A model generated the notes under the pieces. That model made no database searches. It worked only from the letters and a program-made list of their open reading frames with translations, and was not told the origin of the DNA. Shown here piece by piece: positions 19,224 through 28,379 of a stretch of DNA of 36,083 bases. A program made the translations under genes and the position numbers. Source of the stretch: Oligoflexales bacterium (GTDB lineage Bacteria > Bdellovibrionota_B > Oligoflexia > Oligoflexales > Bog-1112). The stretch is from contig JBGCEP010000017.1 in NCBI GenBank assembly GCA_045106415.1, positions 1 to 36,083 on the forward strand, given 5' to 3'. How positions within the stretch are numbered: position 1 is the first letter of the stretch; each line of letters opens with the position of its first letter.

Positions 19224-19308
19224 AGTTTTTCCATGACAGTTTAACCGAAAACATATAGGGTACGCTGCGATGTTTAACGCAACTCAACATCTACACCTGG
19301 AGGGTTTC

Positions 19309-20205
19309 ATGTACTACAAATTGATACAACTTTTTATTTTGATTCTCACGTTCAACTCGACTCATTCTTATGCAACTTACCCTGAGCTAACTGCTAAAGA
19401 ATACTCTGAATGGTACCCTCTCAGGATGAATCGATCAACAATGCCAGAAGTTGAGCACAGTAGCTTTGAGCAGCTTTTATCAGAAATGACTTTTTCTTCA
19501 TCAGCCAACATTCTTAGCGTCGGTGCTGGCACTGGAAACATGGAAGCGATATGGGGACCTAAAATCAACAAACGCATACCTCTCAAACGATTTGACGCTA
19601 TTGAACCAAACCCTTGCCACCTACAGCCACTCCAAGCTGTCATGAACACTATGAGTGAGCATATCGAAGGTCTGCAATCGAAAATTTACGAAACTTCCAT
19701 TGAAGATTTTTGGTCTCACAAACCAACGGAACGTTATGACATGATTTTTTTAACTCACGTCATTCACTGGTTTCAAGACCCTACTCAACACCTTCAAAGA
19801 CTCCAAAAGCTTCTCAAACCCCATGGAAACATCTTTATCGTTATCCACTCAGAAGAAGGTGTTCCTAGACTCTACCATGAACATTCTCAAAGAGTGGCGG
19901 GTGACCATTTTGGGAACCTAAATTTGACAGCTGAATCGTTGTCTCAAAAGCTCTCAGCTCATGGTACGAATCACTTGATCCGAAAATTCCCCGCGACACT
20001 CGACATTACAGAAGTATTAAATGGAAAGCCAACCGGTCTCAAAGTTTTAAGCTTCTTGTTCGCAAGAAACCTTCTTAAAATATCCAAAAAAGACTTCTCT
20101 TGTATCTGCAATTCACTTAAAAGCTATGTTCTCAGCGATAGAATCGATCAACAAGAAGGTGTCAAAATATCTGAGCCTGTCACCTGGATCATGATTCCTC
20201 GCTAA
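19309..20205 (+). CDS. Class I SAM-dependent methyltransferase (histamine N-methyltransferase-like) with signal peptide
   Basis: GGAGG RBS then ATG 19309; ILSVGAGTG, AIEPN, YDMIFLTHVIHW, LLKPHG motifs; hydrophobic N-terminus ending S-Y-A. Confidence 0.8.
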   Translation: MYYKLIQLFILILTFNSTHSYATYPELTAKEYSEWYPLRMNRSTMPEVEHSSFEQLLSEMTFSSSANILSVGAGTGNMEAIWGPKINKRIPLKRFDAIEPNPCHLQPLQAVMNTMSEHIEGLQSKIYETSIEDFWSHKPTERYDMIFLTHVIHWFQDPTQHLQRLQKLLKPHGNIFIVIHSEEGVPRLYHEHSQRVAGDHFGNLNLTAESLSQKLSAHGTNHLIRKFPATLDITEVLNGKPTGLKVLSFLFARNLLKISKKDFSCICNSLKSYVLSDRIDQQEGVKISEPVTWIMIPR

Positions 20206-21842
20206 TTCGCTTTTAGAAAAAACCCGGTGACCTGATATTCTCCTGGTACAAGATTCAATCGATAGCTTGTATCGATTTTTCCAGTACTTGCATTCAATAA
20301 AAACCCTATAGCATCTTGAGAAATCGTGACAGATCCTTCAACAGGTGTCGCTTCAAAAGGCTCTTCCCCCGCTGAATCGACTGTCGTGGTAACATCAACA
20401 ACAACGGTCTCTTCTTCTTTGGTCTTTATTTCTCCGCCTGTTTCTGTAGGCAAAGGGATACCCGTTAATCGGTCCGTATCGGTTTCTACCGAATTTTCTT
20501 CACCCCCACCATAAGATTCTTGTATCTGCAATAACAGCTCTTCACATTCAGGAAGACTCCAATCAACAGCCATACAGCTTTCTTCTAATGACACTTCTTC
20601 ACGGAAAACCTGCTCAGCTCCTCCCCCCCCCAGATCTTCAATAGAAAGAATAGCCGTCACAATCACACCCGCTGACGCAAGAGTTAAAAGCCACCTATGA
20701 CGATAAGCCCAACGCCTAAACCCATGCCATACCTGACCTCCAAACGTTAAAGCAACAGCATAGTCACGGTCTCCGTACTGGAGATGAGGTGCAATTCTGT
20801 ATGTTTTCAACATCTGATCCTGAAAATCTTTTTTCACCTGGAAGTCATAACCTGTCGTTGTTCTGTTTTTATATTGAATACGCAAAGGATTTTGAACGAC
20901 ATCACCTTCAGCTGATACTTTCATTCTATAATAAGCACTTGCATACGTTACTTTACTTTGATCACCGAAGGTATAAGCAAACCATCTATCTACAAAAACC
21001 TCTGTTCCTAATCGGGTCACAATCACATGTTGAAAAGAAGGAACATCAAATTGCCTGACTTGAGCTGGATCTGTAATTTCTAAATTAAATTTCAACGCTT
21101 TCTCTTGAAAATCTTTTAAAACACTGTCTGCATTTAATTCTGCTGATTTTTTATAAGCATTAATCAAGGCATCTGCTTGCTTACCATCTAGCTGTAGTTT
21201 TTGCATCACACGACTAAGACCTGTATTCACAGAGGCTGACCCAATACTTTGAAGCCAGTTTGAATTTTTTGTAGAAATTTCTTCAAAGTACAAAACACGA
21301 CCACGCTGGCTATCTGCACGATACACTCCTGCATAGATTCCTGGGTCGTTTTTAGAAGGCTTTACACCTTGATGCTCAATATTTTCAATATCTCGAATCG
21401 ATTCAATTCTTTTCACTTGTTTTGTTTTCGCTAAGGAAAGGGCTTCTAATTGATACGATTCAGGAAGCACCTTCTTCAGCTTTTCATCTGAAGCAATATA
21501 CCTACGATCCACAGCTATAATACTCTGTCCTTTCCCTTCAACAGGAGACGGAAACAAAACATCTTTGAGAACATCAGCTTGTTCAGCAAGAGGAATATCA
21601 ACGAGTAAATAGACCCTTTCCAAAGGAGCTAGCATCTGCTCTGTTTTTTTTTCAATAAGAATATGTTGATCTTTCTGAGGTAAAACATCTGAAGACAACC
21701 TCAAAAAAAGCTCTCCATGAGGCTGTTGTAAAACGTCAGGATTTGATGGTTTTTTCATCCAGGGAAAATCAACCAACGGCTTGCATGAGCAAAAAACAAC
21801 AAAAGATAAAATAAAGGAAAACATCAAACGTACGATCATCAT
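20202..21842 (-). CDS. Hypothetical lipoprotein with internal hydrophobic helix and acidic linker
   Basis: Lipobox-like FCSC; hydrophobic segment WLLTLASAGVIVTAILSI; TGATG overlap with the matrixin gene. Confidence 0.8.
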   Translation of the reverse strand: MMIVRLMFSFILSFVVFCSCKPLVDFPWMKKPSNPDVLQQPHGELFLRLSSDVLPQKDQHILIEKKTEQMLAPLERVYLLVDIPLAEQADVLKDVLFPSPVEGKGQSIIAVDRRYIASDEKLKKVLPESYQLEALSLAKTKQVKRIESIRDIENIEHQGVKPSKNDPGIYAGVYRADSQRGRVLYFEEISTKNSNWLQSIGSASVNTGLSRVMQKLQLDGKQADALINAYKKSAELNADSVLKDFQEKALKFNLEITDPAQVRQFDVPSFQHVIVTRLGTEVFVDRWFAYTFGDQSKVTYASAYYRMKVSAEGDVVQNPLRIQYKNRTTTGYDFQVKKDFQDQMLKTYRIAPHLQYGDRDYAVALTFGGQVWHGFRRWAYRHRWLLTLASAGVIVTAILSIEDLGGGGAEQVFREEVSLEESCMAVDWSLPECEELLLQIQESYGGGEENSVETDTDRLTGIPLPTETGGEIKTKEEETVVVDVTTTVDSAGEEPFEATPVEGSVTISQDAIGFLLNASTGKIDTSYRLNLVPGEYQVTGFFLKAN

Positions 21843-22600
21843 CAGTTACTCACATTTTTGTTTAAATTATGACTTTTTCTTATGCACAGGCAATATAAAA
21901 ATTGCAGTAACGGTGTCATAAAAAACCACAGTCCCATCCCGCTTCCACCGCAAAGTTGATTCTGATTTTGAGCAAAAGAAGAACTTGCAGAATTTGACGA
22001 AGGGTAGAGATAAATGATTCCAGCCATATCATCCAAACCCAAAGTAAGCATCCGAGAAGAACGTGCATATCCCATCACAGCTCCATAATTTGTGTGTGCA
22101 TGCCCTAGACCGAGGCAGTGTCCAACCTCATGTAAAATCGTGTAGGCCAAACTCTTTACACTCACAGATTGAGAGCCGAGCGTGATGTCACAATCAACAA
22201 TAAGGCCACCCTCGACAGAAGGTACAGCGAAAGCCGCTGCTGCTGCATTTTTAAGCGACAACACTTGTATTGAGTGAACTCTATCTTTCGATGAGATCTC
22301 TGTAGAATCATTTTGAATTAAATTCAGTTGGATAAAAGCTCCAGGAACACTGTTCCATTGTTCAAAGGCATCTTGAATGATAACTCTCATTACCTCATTA
22401 GAATTTAAGGAAGATAAAATCCCTCCTTTATACTCTTCAACATCTTCCAAAGGAGGAGCTGAACCATCCCAATGAATATCCACGACCGGGCTCTCTTCTG
22501 AAGCATCTAAATGGGCTTCCATTGGGCCAGAAAGAAGAACAAAGGCAGAGGAAAAACTCCATACAAAACATAAAAAAATAAGACGCGTAAAAATATTCAT
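21842..22600 (-). CDS. Matrixin (M10/metzincin) metalloprotease with C-terminal sorting/TM segment
   Basis: Signal peptide; HEVGHCLGLGH; Met-turn AVMGY; LGLDDMAGIIYLY; C-terminal CGGSG-TM-RK. Confidence 0.9.
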   Translation of the reverse strand: MNIFTRLIFLCFVWSFSSAFVLLSGPMEAHLDASEESPVVDIHWDGSAPPLEDVEEYKGGILSSLNSNEVMRVIIQDAFEQWNSVPGAFIQLNLIQNDSTEISSKDRVHSIQVLSLKNAAAAAFAVPSVEGGLIVDCDITLGSQSVSVKSLAYTILHEVGHCLGLGHAHTNYGAVMGYARSSRMLTLGLDDMAGIIYLYPSSNSASSSFAQNQNQLCGGSGMGLWFFMTPLLQFLYCLCIRKSHNLNKNVSN

Positions 22601-23025
22601 CGAAATTGAATCCCCATTCTCACCGCGTATGGATGAATCATTGTGCCAAGAATTCCAATCGCCTGTTTATACTCAATATGAAAACAGTATTTCTTGCATG
22701 GATTTGTATAGCCCACAGCCGAATATACTCCGGGGCTCACACCGTTTTTGTTAATCATAAGCCCTCCTCCAAAAGAGGCATACATCCCCAGATCACTTGT
22801 TCGATAACCATATGTAAAACCAGGGCTAATAGAAAAATTCCACTCTCTATTTTTAGATGAAATCCAAGTAATTTCATAATCTTGAAGACTCAAAGGTGGA
22901 ATCGTTAAAGGGTTCGCTCCACCTCCTCCTAAAGCAGGGGGGCCTAGCCGCACAACGACATCACCATACATAGCGACTGAGATCATAAGAGTAGAACAAA
23001 ACACATAGATCCATTTTACCATCAC
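22597..23025 (-). CDS. Small secreted protein, putative outer-membrane beta-barrel
   Basis: Signal peptide, alternating Gly/aromatic strands, C-terminal YAVRMGIQFR; ATGA overlaps on both sides. Confidence 0.65.
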   Translation of the reverse strand: MMVKWIYVFCSTLMISVAMYGDVVVRLGPPALGGGGANPLTIPPLSLQDYEITWISSKNREWNFSISPGFTYGYRTSDLGMYASFGGGLMINKNGVSPGVYSAVGYTNPCKKYCFHIEYKQAIGILGTMIHPYAVRMGIQFR

Positions 23026-23561
23026 AGCTCCATTCCCATGACAGCAGAGATCATCTGTTTACGACCTGTCGACAAAAGTAAAAGCCCTTGAAGCCCAGCA
23101 GGAAAAATCGCGGACTCCCAATTAAGCGTCATATAAAAAGATTTTGATTCCACAAATCGCCAACGCAAAGCAAAAACTCCACCAAGATTCCAACGAGTTT
23201 CTGATTGTGAAAAACCTGAGTCAGAAACACTTGTCGTCTCTGCCAATAAAGCGGCACCTACTTCACTGCGAAAATTCCCTTTAAAACCTTTAAAAGTTTT
23301 TGTGATATTTAACATCCATGTCATTTCATCTACAATTTGAAAATGTCTTTGATAACCCCCAAGAGTCATGACGTAATCTTTAAAATACCCATGGGCTACC
23401 CATCCCCCTTGAAGACGGTCATCACCTGACTCTATAAACATAGGACCAAGATCAGCTTGAAGGATTGACTTTGCAGACAGCTCCACTGGACACAGAATGT
23501 TTGAGAAGAAAAACCAATAACATATAATAGTTAAAGGTTGTCTGAATAGGTCATGCATCAA
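23022..23561 (-). CDS. Secreted protein, putative outer-membrane beta-barrel
   Basis: Signal peptide, amphipathic strands (RWNLGGVFALRWRF, FYMTLNW), C-terminal ISAVMGMEL. Confidence 0.65.
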   Translation of the reverse strand: MMHDLFRQPLTIICYWFFFSNILCPVELSAKSILQADLGPMFIESGDDRLQGGWVAHGYFKDYVMTLGGYQRHFQIVDEMTWMLNITKTFKGFKGNFRSEVGAALLAETTSVSDSGFSQSETRWNLGGVFALRWRFVESKSFYMTLNWESAIFPAGLQGLLLLSTGRKQMISAVMGMEL

Positions 23562-23680
23562 GATATAGCCTGTTGTTAAAATAAGGTCCTTTTTATTTTA
23601 ACTTCACAACACAAAGATCATGAAATCAGCCTCATCAATAACGTAGGCCATAAGAGCACAAACAACGCGGAGGCGGGCAT

Positions 23681-24661
23681 ATGACCACAGATCTCAAAAA
23701 TCAAAACGCAGACTTCTTGGAGGTTCCAGTTGATTTTTTTGCTGCCGAAACCATCACAGATTTTGAGCTCTATATCCATGCTGCTGGACGCTACCTATTA
23801 TATGCTTCAAGTCCTTATACATGGTCTGAAGGAGAAAGAAATCGACTTTTAGAACAAGATCACCGTGTTCTTTACTACTCAAAAAATGATCAAGAAAAAT
23901 TAGATGTTTATAAAAGAATCGTCGGACTCAGGGCTCCTGAAGAAACAATTGAAGGAGCTAGACGCCTCTCAAAACTCACAGAACTTGCAGCTGATGTCAC
24001 TCGAATTATTCACCAGCATGGTCTTTCCATGAGCTCTATTGGAAAATTTCAGAGTATCAGCCGTGACATGACTCAATCTATTAAAAAAGATAAGTCAGCA
24101 GCACTCGCACTCGACCATCTTTTAAGTCACGACCAATATACATATTTTCATAGTGCTCGAGTTGCTGTTTACGCGATCTCTATCGCTCTAGAAATGTCCA
24201 TGTCAGACGATAGTGAGCTTGAAACCATAGCTCTAGGCTGCCTACTACATGATGTTGGGAAATCAAAAATTGATATCTCTATTATCAATAAAGAAGGACA
24301 CCTTACCGAAGATGAATGGCTTGAAATCAAGTCACATACTCTTTACGGACAAGAGATGCTTAATAACTCAACACTCAAAACAACAGCGCGTGAAATTATT
24401 CTACATCACCACGAAAGATTAGATGGTAGCGGCTACCCACACCAACTTCAGTCATCTGAAATCTTAAAAGAAGTCAGCATTGCTTCTTTTTCCGACGTAT
24501 TCGACGCTCTTACAACAACTCGCTCGTATCAGAGCTCAAGAACACGGTATGAGGCTATGGATTTGATACGCTTCAAACTTCTTAAAAATTTAGATCAAGA
24601 CGTCTATAAAGCTATGGTTTCTCTACTTACTCAGTCATCTGACGATACTGCTGCATCATAA
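23681..24661 (+). CDS. HD-GYP domain cyclic dinucleotide phosphodiesterase
   Basis: HSARVA, LLHDVGK, HHHERLDGSGYP, DVFDALTTTRSY motifs; GGAGG RBS. Confidence 0.92.
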   Translation: MTTDLKNQNADFLEVPVDFFAAETITDFELYIHAAGRYLLYASSPYTWSEGERNRLLEQDHRVLYYSKNDQEKLDVYKRIVGLRAPEETIEGARRLSKLTELAADVTRIIHQHGLSMSSIGKFQSISRDMTQSIKKDKSAALALDHLLSHDQYTYFHSARVAVYAISIALEMSMSDDSELETIALGCLLHDVGKSKIDISIINKEGHLTEDEWLEIKSHTLYGQEMLNNSTLKTTAREIILHHHERLDGSGYPHQLQSSEILKEVSIASFSDVFDALTTTRSYQSSRTRYEAMDLIRFKLLKNLDQDVYKAMVSLLTQSSDDTAAS

Positions 24662-25424
24662 TTTGCAGCTCATACTCAAAAATCTTTGTAAGATTCACTA
24701 ACCGTTCGACAGTTTGATGCTTATCTTTAACCAACCATCTAGAGAACTGATCTAGAATCACAACTTCGTAGCATTTCACTAGATGTTGCTGCTCTTTCAA
24801 CGAAGGAAAAGAATCTTGCTCTTTGTTCACTTCAATCAAAAAATTCAACGACGATGACAAATCAGTAAAAAGCTCTATTGTTGATGCCAGATTAAAAAAC
24901 TTAAGAAAGAAAGATTTCTGTAAAACCTTAGGAATATCTTTAAATAATACACCAACCCAAGGATCACTATCTCCACCTAAAGACTTCGATAAATTGGAGA
25001 TAAAAGAAGAACTTTTCACAAAAGAACGTTTTCCTCGTTTATATTCTTCTAAATATTGAGGTGAAATTCTTGAGTCTTTTTCAACATAATCACTTAAGAC
25101 ATCCATCATTTTTGCTCTTATAGATGAAGCAAAAACGAAAGATAAAACCTCGCCCTGTGCCTTGGATAAACTCGCCCTATACTTTGGTTCTTCCAAATAT
25201 TTGCTAAGATCAATCTCTAATGAATCAAAATCAGTAAAACAACCAATACATGAAGCAGCCATAGCCGGTTGGCTTTTTTCACTAAAAAAACAATCAGCTT
25301 TCAAACACAAAGAATTTAACAAAGCTCTAGCAACCGAAATTTGAGGCTTAAACTCAAAAAAACACGGCATATTATAAGCAACTGTTGAACAAAACAGGCT
25401 AATCACCAACAACATTATTTTCAT
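24627..25424 (-). CDS. Hypothetical secreted protein
   Basis: 265-aa ORF with signal peptide-like N-terminus and Cys cluster; 3' end overlaps HD-GYP by 35 bp. Confidence 0.65.
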   Translation of the reverse strand: MKIMLLVISLFCSTVAYNMPCFFEFKPQISVARALLNSLCLKADCFFSEKSQPAMAASCIGCFTDFDSLEIDLSKYLEEPKYRASLSKAQGEVLSFVFASSIRAKMMDVLSDYVEKDSRISPQYLEEYKRGKRSFVKSSSFISNLSKSLGGDSDPWVGVLFKDIPKVLQKSFFLKFFNLASTIELFTDLSSSLNFLIEVNKEQDSFPSLKEQQHLVKCYEVVILDQFSRWLVKDKHQTVERLVNLTKIFEYELQIMMQQYRQMTE

Positions 25425-25659
25425 AAAAAATTCTCACACAGAGGAAAAAGCCACCAAGCGTCAAACAATATGAAGGTTCACCTATAGAAAAGCAAGATTT
25501 TTTTGATAAAAACCGAAGAATTCTCCTAAAATGTTTCATTCTCACCACTTTTAAGTTAAAACAATGACCCTAAGATCGAGTGGTTTTGTATATGCTTTGC
25601 ACAGATACAAAGATATTCCCGCTCTCCTTTTCAATTCCAACACCTTAAAAGGGGAAACT

Positions 25660-27339
25660 GTGAGCACAGACGATAAAAAAATCATATACTCCATGGTCAA
25701 AGTTAGTAAAAGCCACGGAACAAAACAAGTTCTCAAAAACATTTCCTTGTCATACTACTACGGTGCTAAAATCGGTGTTTTAGGCTTAAACGGCGCCGGT
25801 AAGTCGACTCTTTTAAAAATTCTCGCCGGGGTTGAAAATGATTACCGAGGCGAAACACACCTTTCCGATGGTCACACTGTTGGATTTCTTCCTCAAGAAC
25901 CCTACTTAAAGGAAGGCAGTACCGTCAGAGACATTGTGGAAGAAGGCGTGGCTGAAGTGAGTGGGCTTCTTAAAGAATTTGAGCAAATCAACGCTAAATT
26001 CATGGAAGAGATGACTCCAGACGAAATGGATGCTCTTATTTCTCGCCAAGCTGTCGTCCAAGACCTCCTTGATAAGATGAACGCATGGACTCTTGACGAC
26101 CGGTTGAATTTTGCAATGGGTGCGTTAAATTGCCCACCTTCAGATGCTATTGTTGATAATCTTTCAGGTGGTGAACGACGTCGAGTAGCTCTTTGCCGTC
26201 TCCTACTTCAACAACCAGACATCCTGCTCCTTGACGAACCGACAAACCATTTAGACGCACAGAGTGTCGCTTGGCTTGAGCGACACCTCCAAGAATACAA
26301 AGGAACGATTATTGCTGTCACTCACGACCGTTACTTCCTTGATAACGTCGCAGGGTGGATTCTTGAACTCGACCGTGGTGAAGGTATTCCTTACAAAGGG
26401 AACTATTCTGGCTGGCTCGAGCAAAAGCAGAAAAGGCTCAACGTAGAGAAAAAAGCCGACCAAAGAAGAGCAAAAACTCTGGAAAAAGAGCTTGAATGGA
26501 TTCGTATGAGCCCTAAAGCTCGGCAAAGTAAAAGCAAAGCCCGAATCTCTGCCTATGAAGACCTCCTTCATCAAGATCAGCAAAATATTGCTAACGATCT
26601 CAAAATCTTTATTCCACCAGGACCGCGCCTTGGAGACCTAGTCGTCGAAGCGACTGATGTTGCTAAAGCATATGGTGATAAAAAACTCTTTGAAGGACTC
26701 ACTTTCCGACTACCTCCTGGTGGCATTGTCGGTATCGTAGGCCCGAACGGGGCAGGAAAATCGACTCTTTTAAAAATGATTGCTGACCTCGAAAAAGCTG
26801 ACTCTGGTGATTTTAATGTTGGGTCAACTGTCCGGCTCGGCTACATGGAGCAGTCTCGTGAAAACCTACAAGCCGACAAAACAGTTTATGAAATGATTTC
26901 TGGTGGACATGACGTCATCGAGCTTGGGCGCACAGAAATTAACTCAAGAGCTTACGTCTCTCAATTTAATTTTGCAGGTCAAGATCAACAAAAAAAGATA
27001 GGGACTCTTTCCGGCGGAGAAAGAAACCGTATTCAACTTGCTCTACTCCTAAAACGCAACGCAAATGTCATCATGTTGGATGAACCTTCCAACGACTTAG
27101 ATGTCAATACATTGCGTGCACTGGAAGAAGCACTTCTTAACTTTGCTGGTTGCGCAGTCATTATCAGTCACGATCGTTGGTTCCTTGATCGAGTCGCAAC
27201 ACATATTTTAGCCTTTGAATCTGATGAAGTAGTATGGTTCGATGGAAACTACTCAGACTATGAAATCGATCACAAACGAAGAACAGGTCGAGACTCAAGC
27301 TCTGTAAAAAAAGTTCATAGAGCAGATATCAGCCGATAA
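25660..27339 (+). CDS. ettA: Energy-dependent translational throttle protein EttA (ABC-F)
   Basis: GAKIGVLGLNGAGKST, two ABC domains, ELEWIRMSPKARQSKSKAR linker, IPPGPRLG; likely GTG start at 25660 after AAGGGG. Confidence 0.95.
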   Translation: MSTDDKKIIYSMVKVSKSHGTKQVLKNISLSYYYGAKIGVLGLNGAGKSTLLKILAGVENDYRGETHLSDGHTVGFLPQEPYLKEGSTVRDIVEEGVAEVSGLLKEFEQINAKFMEEMTPDEMDALISRQAVVQDLLDKMNAWTLDDRLNFAMGALNCPPSDAIVDNLSGGERRRVALCRLLLQQPDILLLDEPTNHLDAQSVAWLERHLQEYKGTIIAVTHDRYFLDNVAGWILELDRGEGIPYKGNYSGWLEQKQKRLNVEKKADQRRAKTLEKELEWIRMSPKARQSKSKARISAYEDLLHQDQQNIANDLKIFIPPGPRLGDLVVEATDVAKAYGDKKLFEGLTFRLPPGGIVGIVGPNGAGKSTLLKMIADLEKADSGDFNVGSTVRLGYMEQSRENLQADKTVYEMISGGHDVIELGRTEINSRAYVSQFNFAGQDQQKKIGTLSGGERNRIQLALLLKRNANVIMLDEPSNDLDVNTLRALEEALLNFAGCAVIISHDRWFLDRVATHILAFESDEVVWFDGNYSDYEIDHKRRTGRDSSSVKKVHRADISR

Positions 27340-27350
27340 AAATTTCATCC

Positions 27351-27381
27351 TGGTGAGGCATCTTTTAAATTTGCCTCACCA
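27351..27381. terminator. Hairpin between convergent genes
   Basis: TGGTGAGGCA-11 nt-TGCCTCACCA. Confidence 0.55.
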
Positions 27382-27756
27382 ACGATAGCGGTACAGCCAC
27401 CCTAGCCCACCACGCTGGGTATGAACTAAGAAGCTTCGATCTTTATCCTCAATTTGCACAAGAGTATTTCGAGCAACGCTGTGATTTTTTCCTGTCCAGG
27501 CATTTAAAAAAAGTACATACCCCCACCCAAACACAAGCAACAAGCTCATCTGCATCAAACAATTTACACGAGGCCACAGGCCCCACCATCCAGGTCTATA
27601 ACCACAAAGCCCCAGATATAACGTTGCAAATGGCACACCTATAAATGCCATAAGATAAAGACGCGTCTCGTTAAATTCATCAGAAATCCAACATGAAAAA
27701 ACTAAGCCCAACATTGCATACACAATAAAAAACAAAATAAAAACAGGACTCATCAT
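27376..27756 (-). CDS. Hypothetical membrane protein (3 TM)
   Basis: Three hydrophobic segments, C-terminal RGGLGWLYRYRW; AGGGGG RBS. Confidence 0.65.
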   Translation of the reverse strand: MMSPVFILFFIVYAMLGLVFSCWISDEFNETRLYLMAFIGVPFATLYLGLCGYRPGWWGLWPRVNCLMQMSLLLVFGWGYVLFLNAWTGKNHSVARNTLVQIEDKDRSFLVHTQRGGLGWLYRYRW

Positions 27757-27831
27757 TCTTCCCCTTTTTCACACATCATAACAGTCAGTATGAAATAAAG
27801 ACGATAGGATAATGCAGGTTATTTTTACCTA

Positions 27832-27975
27832 CCGCTGTTGTGAATTTACTTAAATCTAACTATGCAGATTTAAAATCAAATTTTTTCGTTAACGAATATG
27901 GTTCCACTTTTCTCATATGAGAAAATCCAGAGTTTTCTTTTTCACAAACTTACACCGCGCAGCTCGCGGCCATCT
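27832..27975 (-). ncRNA. Putative TnpB omegaRNA (reRNA) scaffold remnant
   Basis: Spans the tnpB 3' end to the right end; TGTGA..AACTCTGG-hairpin (TTTTCTCATATGAGAAAA, 27908-27925)-GTGGAAC layout resembles TnpB reRNAs. Confidence 0.5.
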
Positions 27976-28379
27976 TTAAATTTAAAGCAGCGTTGATATC
28001 TCTATCATGCTGCGAAGAACAGTTCGTACATGTCCAAAATCTTTGAGACAATTGAATGTCATGCCGAGTCAAACACTCCGAGCACAGCTTTGTTGAAGGA
28101 AAGAAACGATCTATAGTCACAACCTGAAGCCCTTTCATCTTGGCTTTGTATTCGAGTTATCTTCTGATGAAAAAATCTCTGTAAGCTGTCCCAAGATTTT
28201 TAATAGCACTAAGCTCTTTGCATAAACCCATTTCATTTGGTTTTTCACCAATTTCATAGAGTTCTTTCCAACGGCTTAAGCCTCCAATTATAAGAAAAAT
28301 GAGCTATCCCTGCAGATTTTGCAAAGAAAGTTCTTTGTTCATTATTGGGATTTAAAGCAGTTTTATGAACTCGAATCAT
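27950..28379 (-). pseudogene. tnpB: TnpB pseudogene, internally deleted
   Basis: MIRVHKTALNPNNEQRTFFAKSAG..YNW / WKELYE..ELSAIK|NLGTAYRDFF|IRR*LEYKA..FPSTKLCSEC..CTNC..HDRDINAALNL; RuvC I/II regions missing. Confidence 0.85.

Noticed and set aside
23562..23680. c-di-GMP riboswitch upstream of HD-GYP
   Set aside because: No GEMM-type GGCAAA/GAAA tetraloop-receptor pattern seen
25492..25518. sigma28-like motif GCAAG-N16-CCGAAG before ettA
   Set aside because: Weak match about 140 nt from the likely start, unlike the other instances
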